Notes: generated by a model not told the origin, from the letters alone. A stretch of 57,070 nucleotides of DNA, filler included, from Platydemus manokwari (GCA_037951405.1; 5 parts of 5 records of this genome joined end to end with filler, not necessarily neighbours in it), one strand, 5' to 3'; positions 13,201 through 28,400 are shown, counted from the whole stretch's first letter. Numbers and translations are program-made.

Positions 13201-14837
13201 GATAAATAAGCTTTTCAGTCTCTAATTTTCATAAGTTTATGTTTATAAAATATCCTGTATTTTTTGTCTTTCTTATGATAAGTTAAAAAAAATATAATTA
13301 ATTCATTGTTTTTGTCTATGAATAATATTATAATAAATTTTATGACAAATATATGATCACAAATAATAACTAGCAATGACAAAAAATAGGTATTCAATAT
13401 TCTCCTGGAAAAGTACCTCATATCAAGTACAAATCATCCATATTTAGATCATAAATAAAAGACTATTTTTTTAGAAATAGAGATCGCAAAAATAAAAATC
13501 TAATTTTAGTAAAATTGGATTACTCCTACAAGTAGTATCATTAAAATTCCAAACATGTTTCTCAAGGGCTTTCATTAATCAATATGTTTAGATTTCCTTA
13601 AAGTTTGTCAAATGAGAACTAATAATAAGTGAATTGATAATTCTCACAGAAAGTCTAATCACAGACGGACCCTCACTTCGACAAACCAGACATCTGTCGT
13701 TATTGCAGATGGATTCCATGATGTCATATCCCTAATATATCCCACCAAATCTTACAGTTAAATAACAAGTTAATTTAATTTGTTACAATTAGCATATATA
13801 GGAAATAATTGAACATATTGTTATATGTGGAATATTTACATATAAAAATGATTCCATATCACCTTTGAATCATTCATTCAGTATTCGATACACATACATA
13901 CCAACATAGTCATACAGGTATGATATCTGACCAATCAGAATCAATGTAGATAAATATTTCACTTTAGAAAAACAACAAGGCATTATGATAAAACATACAA
14001 AAGGCTGACCAATCCTAGTTCTCATAAATTGTAACTCCAAACACAAGAAACTAGTTAAGTCAATTAGAGGGAAACGTATCTAGATCTTGTTGATTGGTGT
14101 TTGTGCTTAGAAGCACGGTTTTTTGATAATAAAAGTATCAACAATATTATATATCATTCAAATATACCTTGAATTTTCAATTCAAGACTACTGTTAAAAA
14201 ATAGACAAAAATGAACATCATCACTGACAATTATTGATGTCTTTATTTAGGAACTTTTACCATTATTTCTAGTAGATTGTGTTATTCCACCCAGTAGGAA
14301 ACAGACAAGTATTTGTTACCCTATTATCGTTTGTGATGAAAGTATAATCAATTGATGATTCTTCGTTGCGATACATTTCTTACACAAGTTAAGTTAAAAA
14401 CAGATTCCGTCATAATATTTATTTGAAAAACTGCAATCAACAGCCAATCAATTATTTAAACAAACACCACGTGTTTATTTATTTAATCACATTACTACAT
14501 ATCTTATAGAGCATGAAATATCGCTGTTGGCAGGAAATGTTTAATGAAATACAAACTCCATGACATAAAAAAGTGAAAAGTTGTAATTGTTTTTCACTCT
14601 GATTTATGGTAATTTTTATAATCAAATTTACAAATAAGGAATCATAAAAATTCTCTTTTAAAATCGAAACGCCGTGTATGATATTATAAAAATTTTAAAT
14701 CATTTGTTTTCAATTTCAAAACTGTCTTTCTTAATGATAAAATTTAAAATAAATTGATATAAATTATCTTTAAAAAAATCATGGCATTATTCAAACGTTA
14801 TATGCAATGAATTTCTGGATTTCTTCATGATTTGAAA

Positions 14838-14930
14838 GCCGCTACATTTTTTTTAAAAAAACCACACATTAAAAACGAACTGAAAAGTCACGACACCAAA
14901 TTATATTTTAATACAAATCTTTAAACAAAT
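14838..14930 (+). repeat. Dispersed repeat family, copy 1 (AAACGAACTGAAAAGTCACGACACCAAATTATATTTTAATACAA)
   Basis: Near-identical cores at 16782-16824 and 28972-29030. Confidence 0.75.
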
Positions 14931-16781
14931 CGATTTGATTTTATACAAAAACATTTCATACAGAATTAAATTTTAAATAAAAATAAATTTTATACAAAAT
15001 TAAATCCTTCGAAATGTTTAATTCAATGATATTGAGAAAACAATCGAATTCATTCATTTTGTTAAAATTTGTAATCACCGACTAGTTTAGTCAGTCACTG
15101 ATGATTTAATTAAATACTTTCCAACGTTTTGTAATATAAAAAACAAACATCAAATAATTTATAATGATAATATAATTGTTTTTTAAATTTTACAATTCTT
15201 ACTTGCTACCAAATCGCAGTTAATCGAACTATTATTATTATATATAGCTTACTTATTCAATAGCCAATTATTAAGTCAGAAAAATGACCAGGTAATTCTT
15301 TATTAATGATGTCATCAATTAATATTCCAAAACAAATCCAATTCTCACGAAGTTGTTTAGAACGATCACTTCTTTTGGAATACTAAAACCCAAGCCATTG
15401 TTAACATTTCATTTTGTATTTGTTGGACATGATTTATTAATACTTTTAAAATTTCTTCTTTGGTTTTATTTAATTCTGTCATCATGTTTATGTTTCCAAA
15501 ACAAAAATCTCATTGATAATAACTATGTATTTTTCATGTATAGAGAATATGAAATAATTTAAAAATCATTATCCATCGATCCTATTTTTTTCCTAAAGTA
15601 ATTCAATATCTATTTTTATTTAAAATTCTTCGTTAGTAATTTCTTACAATGGAACCCACGAATGATATGAGAAATGAATTAAGCATATCGAATATTTCTT
15701 TATATTAAAAAAATATTTATTAATTCGTAATATGTCGCCCATGGAAAGTCATATTACATTAACCAAATATCGAGACTGCAGTTAAACAGGCAAACCCTAT
15801 CTTTGATTGTTTATTGTTTTTTTGGTTTAATATTCGCATGATTTCAAACCTGAAATGATACGGTGGAATCTGCAGCTTAGATATTACATCACAGGATTTA
15901 CAAAATAGAATGCATATCATCTGGGTGTTTTGCATAGCATTCAATATGTACTTAACCAGTTACGAGTATCACTTGATGTTACAATTAATTCTAAATTTCG
16001 ATGAAAAAACAAGTCATTTTCATATTCACGGAATAAACAAAAAGTTATTATTAGAACAAGCTGTTTCACAGAAAAAAAACACAAGAAAATAAACAAAATA
16101 TTGTCAATAAAGTTCAAAGAAATATAATGAAACGAAATCTCACCAGTGTTTCACGGACAAGTGTGTAACATTGATTTATGTCGATAATATTGAAGAACAA
16201 CGTTGGAAATAGTTGATTGAATTTCAAGAAGGCAGGCAGAGAAAAAAGCAAAACAAATTTCAACGAAGAAATCCGTATGGAAATATTATAATTTCGTAAA
16301 TTGATGGAAAAACAGCTTAACGAGGAATAAATGATAAAAGATTTATCCCCATTTTCATTTGTGACAAACAAAGAAACAACTTAGCTCTATAATGCAATTT
16401 CTTACGCATCTGAAATCTGTGCTTCAACCGATTCAGCCATTGTCAGATCATCACAAGAGAATCACTCATACGGTTTAACTACATGAATAAAATGAATCTC
16501 TTCACAATTAAAGTTGAATCAGCAAAACTCTATTGTAACCATAGGTGGGCGAAACATTATATTGGCGGCGTTTAAAATTTTTAGTTCTAAAATAAAATTT
16601 AATTTTATTGTTGTTTTATTTTTTTCAATTAACTGCAATTTTTATTTTGTGATAAAATTTTTAATTGATAACAAACCATAATTTGAATTAAATCTGGCTA
16701 TGAAGAAGATATTGATTTCATTTATTTAGTATTTCATATGGGTGTTATGATCTATGACGGAGCCCATTTAGCACGCACTGC

Positions 16782-16824
16782 AAACGAATCGAAGAGTCAC
16801 GACACCAATTTATATTTTAACAAC
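16782..16824 (+). repeat. Dispersed repeat family, copy 2
   Basis: AAACGAATCGAAGAGTCACGACACCAATTTATATTTTAACAAC. Confidence 0.7.
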
Positions 16825-17844
16825 TAACATTAAATTTCTTCAATTTTCATTTCATTATATAAATTATAATTTATAATGAATAATAATAATCATCGACTTA
16901 ATATTTGGAATTCGAATCATTTTCATTTCGGTTTATTGTTATTCTGAAGAACATGTCGACATGGAACTTGAAGACCGGCATAAAGAAGTTTCATTGAACT
17001 TAAGAGAAATGGCTGTTCGTTCAAATTTCCAGAAGCCAAATTATGGGAGAATAATTGTACAACTTATCTGATACTGTTATACAAATTGGTATTCAATTTA
17101 TAAAGTGACAAATTCCGTTGTCCTGTTAGGTCAAGCAACAAACGAAAACTAATAATTATCAAACAATTTATTTCCATCAAATACAACTTTATACTAAACC
17201 TGATAAATCATTTAATATCAATAAAGTTCAATTCGCAACGGAGCACAAATAAAACATCTTCTTAATTGGAATCCTTCGAATAAGACTGATCGATATCTTT
17301 TCATTTCCTAAGTTTTATTAGCAATTAATATTTTTAAATGATCAGAACACACGATTAACGAAATTTTCCCTCCTATTGATTTACGTTTTAACTGGTAAGT
17401 ACCATTTACCAATATGCTTGTAGTTTTGATGCGTGCTTGTATGTTAACATTGACAAATGGTCCTAACAAAACCTCTTTGCAATTGGTACTGTATGTGTGT
17501 ATTTTCCTTACACTCATCTTATCGAACACACTCTCGAAATTCACTAATTTCTTGTTAGTACTGTTGTTCTATTAGAACATGAAAAAACATGGATTATCAA
17601 AACAATGGCATAAACAAGACAAATTTCATCAACGAAAAACTTCCAATACAAGTGGGTTTCTTGAATAAATACTTTATTTTTCTTTTCTTTAGCTAAATTA
17701 TTTTATTTACCAATCATAATAAATTGTGTTTGAATTAAAGAAAAGAAACTTTAGATACTTTCATTGTTGCTTTCTTTTCAGGCTAAATGATGTTCTCCAT
17801 ATCTTATATTGAATAATAAACTATTTTCTAGTACTATTATTCTC

Positions 17845-17876
<32 letters not shown>

Positions 17877-17893
17877 TATTATTATTATTATTA
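17845..17893. repeat. (AAT)n/(ATT)n head-to-head microsatellite forming a perfect 36-bp palindrome (17858-17893)
   Basis: (TAA)6 is followed directly by (TTA)6. Confidence 0.9.
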
Positions 17894-19470
17894 CTATTAT
17901 CACTATCTGGAATTGATAGTGATTCAATCAGTGATTTCCGATAAACCAAACCAATGATCTGGTGACTTTACTAATTACATAGAATCATTACAGTAGTTTA
18001 CAATGAAGTGATAAGTGATGACGCAATTCATTGTAAATTCGGAAATAAATCATTATCGAGCTAATAATATTTGACGGTGATCAGAGTCGAACCCAATCTA
18101 TCAATAATAAATCACAAAGATATCTATTTGAAAGTATTATAATATCGAGATCTTCCAAATTCTTTATATTAATTTTCCTTACATATTAATGTCTCTCTCT
18201 CTCCATATATCTATATATATTTGATTTTTCTTTCAATACAGAAAAAATTAATAATTGTTAAAAGCAGAAAAAAAAGAAAAAAATATTCCTAAATAGACAA
18301 GTTTAAAATTGCCATTTTGCCATTAGGAACGGCTAAATAAGCGTGTTATTTCCATTTCCTTTCATTACGAACTAATCGAGCGATAACTCACCATGGTTCA
18401 GACTGATTAACTCACCGACTAATTTCATAAAAAACTCTTCTATCCTGAAACCAATTTAGTACACAGATTAATTATCAAATAATTATTATTACTAACATTC
18501 TCAAATTGAGTGAATCTATTTCTTTTTTGTCTTTGCTTGTGTATATACATTGATAGAGATCTGTTTTATAAATACATAGCGATATGTTACGATTCGTAAA
18601 GAAATCGCTAATAATATTATTATCTACTTAACATAGATCCTACCGAAACAATCCTACCTCACATCAGCTTTCAAATCCAGAAAGTACAGGATTAATAATA
18701 ATATAAATCTTTCATATAAAACATTATATTTCCCATTCAGAATTACAGATTACTTTGCTTTATTTGGATATTTATTATGGTGATGGTTTTTATTAATCAA
18801 AACATTGGATGGATTTCGATTCTTCTGTCCTTTATCGTATCTAATTATCGATTGTGAATTGGAAATTTAATCCTTTGCTGTTAATATTGGTTTTGTTTTG
18901 TATTTATTGAATTTGACGACAACAATGTATTTATTTCAACAGAAAATTTCAGTTATTTTAGTGGTTAAGATGCTTGGATATTATGTGGATAAAATAATGC
19001 TGAGATTATTTCGAATTAAGAGTACAGTGATCAAGATCGAATGATATCTTATTAATAGCTACGGATAATTGAGAGAACCATTGGAAGAAATGTAGGATAA
19101 TCAATATTTTACCGAAACCAGTGAGAAATATAAATATTATGTATATAAAACCCATCATATTAATCATAAGAGCAATACTTTGTTAAATGATGAATTAATT
19201 TGATTTCAATTTACTTCCTTTTATTGGTTTTAATAGATTTTCTTGGCTTGAGCATTAAAAATGAAGCTCTCATACGATTCAGTGACTGAAAACATTGTAT
19301 GATTCCGTGCACATCAGTTTTGGAATGAATTCTCCGTTATGTAATTGTAATATTAACCTTGTCATGAAAATACTTTTATATCAGCTCTCACCAAACAAAT
19401 CTATTACTTAAAAAATGCCAATGTGTGTCAAATATGATATTCAAATACAATGATATGATAAATTAATATT

Positions 19471-19570
19471 NNNNNNNNNNNNNNNNNNNNNNNNNNNNNN
19501 NNNNNNNNNNNNNNTTAATTAATTAANNNNNNNNNNNNNNNNNNNNNNNNNNNNNNNNNNNNNNNNNNNN
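19471..19570. other. Assembly gap/spacer
   Basis: Same N44-TTAATTAATTAA-N44 structure. Confidence 0.97.
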
Positions 19571-21402
19571 TTTCAAAATTATCGATTTTTCCCCATTTTT
19601 TGAATTTTTGAAAAAAAAATAAAAAATTCAAAAATCGTAAAAAAGAAATCTTGTTCTGTCTAGCAAAGTAAAAAGTAATAAATAGAAATCAAAACAACTA
19701 ACACAGAAAATCATATTTGATGAAAATAAATTATTTTTATTTAATAAATACAAAAATCGAGAAAAATGAAATAATATATCAAAAATGATTTAAACAACGC
19801 TATCACAACTAAGAAGGTTATGGATGGCAATGAGATAACTATGATAGCATATGATTTACGGTCTTTAAGTCTACAATGGCTGATAATCAAAACCATGCTT
19901 GTTTTAGTAAGTTTTTATTTTATTACAGATTAAAACTAATTAACAATGATAAATAATTGACAACAGTACTGATTTATATAATAGCCTTGCTTGTATACAC
20001 CGAAACGTCAATCAAAGGTTCTTGGAATTGGGGTAAAATCAGCTTCTCTCAATAAATATGAAATATAAAGGATGACATAAATTGCAGAATGATTTTACTG
20101 AAAATTACTCTTACTTTAACTATGACTTGGTGGATAATCTTCCAGGAAACCACTGGACATAAAACTTGTTCATGTATTATTTTGAACGCCGTGGAAAGCA
20201 AAAGAACTTCTTTCAATAAAAAATGATCTCAGTGATTTCCATTTGGGCTATTTATGCTATTTGAAATTCGCTATATAAATTGTCAGTTATTCTGGCTTTT
20301 TCAGGATTATTATTTTTGATTATTTTGGAATGTGAAAATCCATTAGTACTTGTTTACTTGGCATTATTTATATGTATGGGTTGTTATAGATAATTATTAG
20401 AATAATTGCTATTATTTTTTCCATAAACATTTTGTTCTTAATGGATTTCCTTTTTAAAATAATTGATTAAGGCGTTTTTATATTCGGTCTGACATTTCTT
20501 TATGGGCATATTTCTTTATTTCATCCAATATATTCATTTCGAATTATTGATGATGTTATCGAGCTCATATATATTAATTATTCAGGGTTTTTTTATTGTT
20601 ATGGTAGTTATAATTATTATCAAAACGTTTACTTTCCAAGAATTATTGCAGATATAACGAGTGTCTATTCAAGATTTTTGTACAAATAATTTAACAATTA
20701 CAATTAATATTTTCATACAGACACTTTGAAACACTGAATCACTACAAATTTGGTTGTTAAATGTTTAGAATGTCCCAAACCCCGACAATGTTATGAATAA
20801 AAAATTATATAAACAGAAAATAACCATTAATATGATACTGATAATAATAATCACACATCGAAATTTATATAAAAAATAATGACAATAATAAACATAATAA
20901 AAATAAAAATAATCATATTAGGAAATTTAAAATTTTAAGCAACAAATTCAGATTAACAAAATAGATAAATAAATACTTTGAAATAAATAATCCGTACAAT
21001 GAAATAAATGTCAAGAATTTTCAATATAATAATAAATCGGACTAGGAAACTAAACAAAGGCAAGTCAGATTAGTAAAATAAAAAATTAAAATGAATTAAT
21101 TTAAGTAGGAAAATTTAAAAAAATTCATGTTGGAAAATCAAATAATTTTAATTTACCAAAAAGTGGAAAGAATAAAATAAATTCACCAATTTAGCACATA
21201 ACTACTAGCTCACACAAAATATTCTGAATTTTAGTAAAGACTAATTCTAAAGCAATTCACAAAGAAGTTGCAATTGATTTGATTACGAATCTCGAAGAAA
21301 GATATTACTAGGCGAAATTTTGTCATTGTTAGTTTATTAATTTTTGAAAATGTAAAAGACTTTGTGTTCTACAAACCTAGATAAAAATGAACTGGTGTTT
21401 TC

Positions 21403-21406
<4 letters not shown>

Positions 21407-21442
<36 letters not shown>
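21407..21442. repeat. (AT)18 microsatellite
   Basis: Seen directly. Confidence 0.95.
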
Positions 21443-21445
<3 letters not shown>

Positions 21446-21618
21446 AAAACAAGGTTTTCAAGTCACTAATGAAATTACCACTTCATTATTTTCAAATTAG
21501 ATTAACTTAAAACCGCGTGAATTGTGTGAATAGGTAAAGGATTGAATGAGAACTTCTAAATAATAGATAAATAAATTACGTCTTTTGATTTAGGTAGACT
21601 ACATAATGCCTAATGTGG

Positions 21619-21685
21619 AAAAAGTGTCCAGGAGCATCGAACCAGGACCCACAGAATATTTGGTGCAGTTAATACATTGGTTGAA
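21619..21685 (-). repeat. Possible tRNA-derived SINE or tRNA pseudogene fragment
   Basis: Minus strand reads GGTCCTGGTTCGATGCTCCTGGACACTTTTT: a B-box-like GGTTCGA followed by an oligo-T. No convincing A box or cloverleaf. Confidence 0.3.
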
Positions 21686-24600
21686 AAAAGAGTGTACAGA
21701 ATTTATTTCGGAATTTTGAAACAACAATTATTTTATATCTTTAGTTTCAAATCGACAAGTACTTTATTTGGATTTGTAAATTGTTTAAGGTAAATATTTC
21801 AAAGATACTCAGAAAACTCACATCGTTGAGCTTGTCTATTCATCTTTATAATATAGGAATAACTATTATATCGATAGTTAACTTGATATTTTTATTAATT
21901 GTAAATGTTTTCGAAAATCGGACAAAGAAACCACGTTCATTTGATTGACTAATAAAGGTTAGAGCTAACATAATTGCATCATTTGTTTGAGCTTAATATT
22001 TTTTTTTATTTTTGATATTCAATAAAAAGTATTTTTAAATTATTTTTTCAGTTTCAAAAGGTAATAATTATAATTTAGCTGAATTACCAAATATGATTAC
22101 TCAATCTCACCAGCTAGCTTTGCGACATTTCCAGTGTAGTTCAACGGTCATTTGAATATTATCGTATATCGAATAATTATTAATTGAAATTATAGCTATT
22201 CGTGTCTCCACTTCACTATTTTTAGATACATAATAAAAGTATTTTAAATCATAGACTTTATTATTTGTAATAGTTAATAAAGTAAATCATAATTTTTTGG
22301 ATACTGATATTTTATAATAAAGAGAACTCACGGTGTTAAGTTTTATACCTCCATAGCTTGGAGTAATTCAACATATTGATATTTATGTAATAAATATCAT
22401 TATTTTTATTAAAAAAAACTATACCATGTTGTTGAGTAGGGATGAAATCTTGCAAAAGAAAAACGATTTTGCACATTGGAACACTTGTTTTAGTACTTCA
22501 AGCATTTACACGCCTTCACAAACGTACAAATATGGGAATAAACTAATCAATGCTAACTTAGATGGAAAATGATAATTTGAAAAAGGAACATAGCCACACA
22601 CATAGGGATTGACCAATCCCGCGAAACAAAAAACAACGAGTCCAATAGAAACTTGTGAATTAAAAATGTGATACAAACGTAACACAAAAATTACTCACAA
22701 ATCTCAACTATAAATACCGATATAAACATGACCAACTGCTAGATGGAAGCCAAGTTTTGGGTGTATTTTTGAGATACTGACTTGAGTTTCAGAGTATCGT
22801 ACTGATTAGTACGTGTAACGGAATAAAGTTTGCAGTCTTCGATTATTTGGAGTCCACAATTATTTGGTGATACTGAATTGAGTCCCAACAAAATGTTGGA
22901 TTCTGCTACTTAATGTAGAATCATACTGTAGTCGTATCAATCTACCAGATAAGTTCCATTTTGCTTTAGTAGTTCATTTTAGGTAAGAAAATTTCAGTAC
23001 TGCATTATAATATTTATATTCACGCTTATTACACATAATTACCAAGTATTACTCAAGCGAATGTAGCACCAATTAAAGAGCATTCAATCTTTCAACATAT
23101 CTAAATTTATTTAATATGTTTTATATAAAAATTAAGTTTTTCTACTGCTATCATTAATACAATTAGCTTTATAATGTAGCCCTGTTCCAGTAATTAATTC
23201 ATAAAGAATTAACCAAAGTTAATGCGTGAATTATTTTCAACTATTGATACTGTAACTTCAGATATCGAACGAAAACTAATTGAATTGCCACTTTCTATCT
23301 AATTAATTTTTATATTAAATTTTCACTAAATGTTATAACCTACAAATTTTGTACGAATAAACAAACACACCCATTTCAATAAAAAAATAAGATAATATAT
23401 TTATTTTAAAACGCTTTGTAATAAGCTTTTTAAAATTTTATGATTAATAAATATTTCAAAAAACGTGTTTTTTTTAATTTATGAAGGGACATCAATTTAT
23501 ATTTTTATAAAGAGATAAACTGTAAGTTAAAGTTCAGGAACGTCTTTTTATAATTCTGTGTTAATTTTTTGAAAATGTTTATTTGTAAAATTATACCTAT
23601 AGGTATGAAATTTTTTCAAATTTTTGAAAACTAGGCTCCTGATTTTTATTTTTTATTTAATCAATAAAATCAATATAGGTAATACCAGTAATAAGATGAT
23701 AAAATAAAACATTATTCTGGTATGCAATATTCGAGATAATATTTTGGGTAAATTACCGTAAAATAACTTTATTCAATGAGACATTTCAGTCAATGAATGA
23801 ATCCATAATGAATCAATAGAATTTACTTTTGATATTCTACATCTTTATAATGTAAGCAAAGTAAAGTAAGATATTTTTAAAAAAATATGGTGACACTAGA
23901 GTGTTTTTTAGATCTAATAACTGTAATCAACTTTTAAAGTACCTCTATTAGAATGCAGCATGATTTTTTATATTAAATTTAGGTTGATTATTAAAGTGAT
24001 TTATATTACTTAGTATATTTGAAATGCTATACATTGGCCATAATATGGATTTTTTTACACTTCAATTACGAAGTAGTCATAACAGTCATTAATACACAAT
24101 TTACTTTTCAGTTATGAATTCAGTAAATCATCATTATACTTAATTGTTAGTTTTCATAATCAGAATGATCTACAGGAACGACAATGTTGATTAGCAGTAG
24201 TTAAGAATTGCATGGAAAAAAAGTTTCAATTATTATTTTGAAAAAACGTTGATTGAATGAGAACATATTAAAATTATTTAATCCTCAGTAATTTTCAACG
24301 CCTCGGAAAAAAACTAAATTCTTTGATTTGAATAATCATAATTATTATTTTTAGAAACACCAACCATATAAATGAAAATATCAATATGTCTCAAAGCAAA
24401 ACTGAACTTAAAAATTATATTAGGAATATCCTCATTGAAAAATAATTAAACAATCTGCGTTACTATATATATAAGAGGCTCGGAAGACAATATTTCTCAA
24501 AGTTCCTCAAAATATTCTGATCGAAATTTTTGTATAATTCCTAATTTCACTATAAAACTTTTAAAATTTTTTTGAGATCATGATTTTAATATCAAGTCGT

Positions 24601-25499
24601 AATGAAGTCAAGATCAAAACATGTCAGATTTACTGAAATATAATTCGTATTTATATGTCACAAAAAGTGGAGTTTTAAATAAAAATAATTTTGTAGTTAT
24701 GCAATAAGTATGGCTATACCATAGAAAGCACCTAATTGAACCGATTTTTTGATGTTTTGACAACAATGTACAGAAGCTTTATTTCTTTGTATGAGCAATT
24801 GGGACTATACAAAATTTAGGAAACTTCAAAATTTCATTTTAGACGACAATCAGTCTTACATTAATTTGAAACTAATCTAATCATAGGCAGCTACAGATAG
24901 GATATTTACAGTTTAAGAGCTGTTATTTAATGTTCTTGTGTATTCTTATTAAATTAATCCTTAATTTAATACTGTTAAATTTCTTGTCCTAAACAATATG
25001 GCCATCAGTAATAGTTTGATGGGAAAATATGAAATATTTGCTAGTTCATTACAAAATAAAATAATAAAAATATAAATAACAAAATGTATAAAAATTCGAA
25101 CTCTTGGGATAAGGAAAAGCTTTTCTTATTTGAGCCTTGTCTAGATAAATCATCGGTTTTAATTGACCTTTGTTCGAAATAAAGCCAGACAACACATTTC
25201 TGAAGACAAGCACTTGCGCAAAAAACAAAAAGTCGTTGTCTTTGCTAATTTGAGGCTTTGTTCTGACAAATGAAAGACAAAGTATCAGAAAGAAGAAAAC
25301 AAATTAATTTGTCATCATCTGATAAACCGCTCAATACAAGAACAGTTATGCTATATGAGCAAACTACTGACACGAGTAAGATATCGCACAATTAATATCA
25401 ATTATTTTCATACATTAACTTAGCGTAATTCAACAGAAGACTATTGTATATTCGTTACACGAATTCTGCCATTCGACGACAAAAATTATTATATTTAAT

Positions 25500-27200
25500 T
25501 TATTCAGAGTTGTGAATGAAGAGCGCAGATCGAAATTAATATTGAACTAGTAGATATCAAGAGTTGGAAACGAATTCTGTCAGAAGTTTACGGATCATAA
25601 TGAATTTATCATGTAATTTCATTGTAGATCCGACAGTTATTGGTATTAGATGTAAGAATTTTGTGGATAATGTTTCACGAATTTAAATTGGTTGTTGAAT
25701 GACGGCTATTATTTGATGAATTATGATATCGTCCCAGAAATGAATGTAGTGTTAAAAATTGAATATAAATACTTTGGAAAAAGAGAAACTCTTGACAATA
25801 TTTTACTTTAATTAAAACAAAGTTGAAAGCAGATCCGATTGATTTTAGAAAGATTGTTGAAAAATTGGAGAAAATTAGAGATAACAAGGCTTTAAAAATA
25901 AAAAAATAATTTATATAGGTTTGTCCAAAAATTGCTATATATAATTAATACAATGAAATTTGCTGGCATCACATGTTATGCAATTAATTGTTCGATTTTG
26001 TCAGAATTCACAATTGTTGTAGCGCGAATTTGTGTGACTAACAAATCTTTAGAGGAAGTTATTGAAAATAAAGATGTTTGTAAACGTGCTTTGGAGGATT
26101 CAATTAAAATCTATGAGAAATTTTTAATGAAGGCCATTGAGAAGATAAATTATTATAGAATTAATAAAATTTCAGTTGACAATTTAAGTGAATTTCAGAT
26201 TTCAAGTAGAAAAGAATTTGAGATAAGTAAAAGTGAAGATTTTTTAAACGATGGGTGTTTCCGACCTTAAGAAGCCTAGAAATAAAGTGAAAAGCAATTA
26301 TGTAGATGTTCAAGAAATTGATGAGATCGTGGATGAAATTGAAGATTTGATTCTAAGAGTAGAGAAAATGATGAATTTGACAGTTTTTTTATTATTAGAA
26401 AACGAAGATTTGAGCGATTTAAGCTTAATAAGAATTGGTAAATTTTGAAGTGATGTGTGAAAAGGAGAATATGGAAAATTATAGAAAAATGTTAGTAACT
26501 TTTGTTAATATTTTGGAAAATGTAGTCATTGTACTAGCCGTGAACAATGATGATTTTTATCAGAATATAAATGCGAAAGTAAAGAACTATACGTTTAATG
26601 ATATCGAGATGATTCAAAAAATTGTGAGAACTTTGAAAAAGAGCAATGATCTGGAACATTTAAAAATAAGAAGTATTGAAGAGAATAAAGTTATTCTTTT
26701 GCAATGAATGATATTAATAATAATTTATAATTTTATAAATTATTAAAGTTTGGTTGAACGACTTAATTGGGATTAAAATTTACTGAGGAAACCTGTTGTG
26801 CGAAATTTCAGCTGAATTGTAAAAATAAAATAGGCCCATTTGATATGGTATTTAAAGGATTTAAAGTCACAATTTAAAAATTAGGAATGTTTATATGATT
26901 CAAATAAGTGGATGCACATCTATTGAGAGAGTAAAGCAATGGCTTTCTTCGAAGAGAAGAATAAGGTGCAAAATTATGTAAAAAACAATTAAAGTAAACC
27001 AATTGAGATACACGGAAGATGAAAGAATCATTGAAACTCTGTGTTTTATAAGAATAAATAATAATATAAATATAAGTAAACTTTACAAAGTTAGCAACAG
27101 ATTGGAGAATTTCAGAGTGAGATTGGAATTATGGATTCAGTTATGATGGCCTTGCCATTTGAACTAGTAGACTTTTCAGATGCACAACTGCTAAGTCTAT
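25500..27200 (+). mobile_element. Decayed retroelement pol-like region (RNase H-like motifs, frameshifted spacer ORFs, possible start of integrase)
   Basis: Fragments IELVDI, FTDHN and YRPRNE (about 25540-25745) resemble Gypsy RNase H ELLAI/TDH/YRPG. Chained, overlapping ORFs at 25932-26270, 26251-26448 and 26435-26707. GPFDMV near 26835. Confidence 0.45.
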
Positions 27201-28246
27201 AAACGAAGATCGCCTAAATGCAGATTACTAGTAAACTCAAACCAAGAAACGAGATACTAATTTCGAAGGTAATGTTATTATCTATTTCTTTCGTACTGAT
27301 AATTGTAAATTATAATGATGTGCAAATTGCCTATCATGTAAATGAGGATTGTTTTAATGCAATAAGTAGAAATAGAAAGAGAAACGAAATTTTTTCAACA
27401 GCACAGAGTCAGACATTTTTCTAATCTTTTAAAACAAGAGAGTGAAGTGTTATGTTTGGAATGGCTAATTCGCACAATTCTAATTCAGTGACCGTGATAA
27501 CAGCTATTTCTTTCGTTTTAATTATCGTAGTACTTCTTATAATTTCTGAACTGAAGGTTAAATCATCAATTGATCATGCATCATTGGTATAAGTATAGTT
27601 GTTTTACAAGTTATGTCATTATATTTTATTTTTATACGTGGGTAATTTATGATGAAAGACAGAAAGAAGAGATTTCAAGAATTCCAATATGTTCCAATTA
27701 CACAAAATAAAAGACCTCACATTAAATCGTCAATTTTTGCTCCAAGTGAGTGGAGTTTATCAAACGTCATTCTTAATATAGAAATTGTTAAGGTCCGCTA
27801 TAATGTTTGATGTAAACATGTAGTATTGAAATTAACTTGTAATTTTATTGTGTTTTTATTTAATTGTCCGTTTGTATAATTGTTATTTAATAATAAACAT
27901 TTATAGTAACAAGCCTTAGTTATCGATTAAATAAGGATCATAAACCGTTGTTCGTGTTAGTTAGTTTATAAAAGCAGACAAAATGTTCACGAGAGTCAAG
28001 GAAATAACCCTTAAAGGGTGATATACAGATTCGATAAACGCACGCGCTAATAGCCAATCAGATTCCCTCTAATATCAATCCGTATTTGAAAGTGGATCGA
28101 CTGGTGCATAAAAACAAATAGCATGAAACACCGATATTCACCAATGATACAAGAGATTTCAGAAAAAATACCAACAATTTTATGAATAAACGAATTTAAC
28201 AAATGGAAACAAAGCTCTGGGATATCAAACGGACGCACAAAATTAG

Positions 28247-28400
28247 CCCATAAAAGGAGTTGGATTTCATGAGCAATCACCTTCATTATGTTCTTTGAAT
28301 TTCGTGTGATTTTTCCGATAGCCAGTCTTTTTGGTTGTCTGCTATTTTGTATTCTACTTTCGGGTGCTGATCCACCTTGAGTGATAATTTACTATTGTAT
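28247..28400 (+). repeat. LTR-like dispersed repeat, related to 39402-39560
   Basis: Shared blocks in the same order: ATAAAAG, GCCAGTCTTTTT(T)GGT, ACTTTCGGG(T/C)..TGATC, CTTGAGTGAT. Confidence 0.55.

Noticed and set aside
21619-21685. Functional tRNA gene
   Set aside because: Only a B-box-like T-arm is present, with no acceptor, D or anticodon stems. Kept as a low-confidence SINE fragment.
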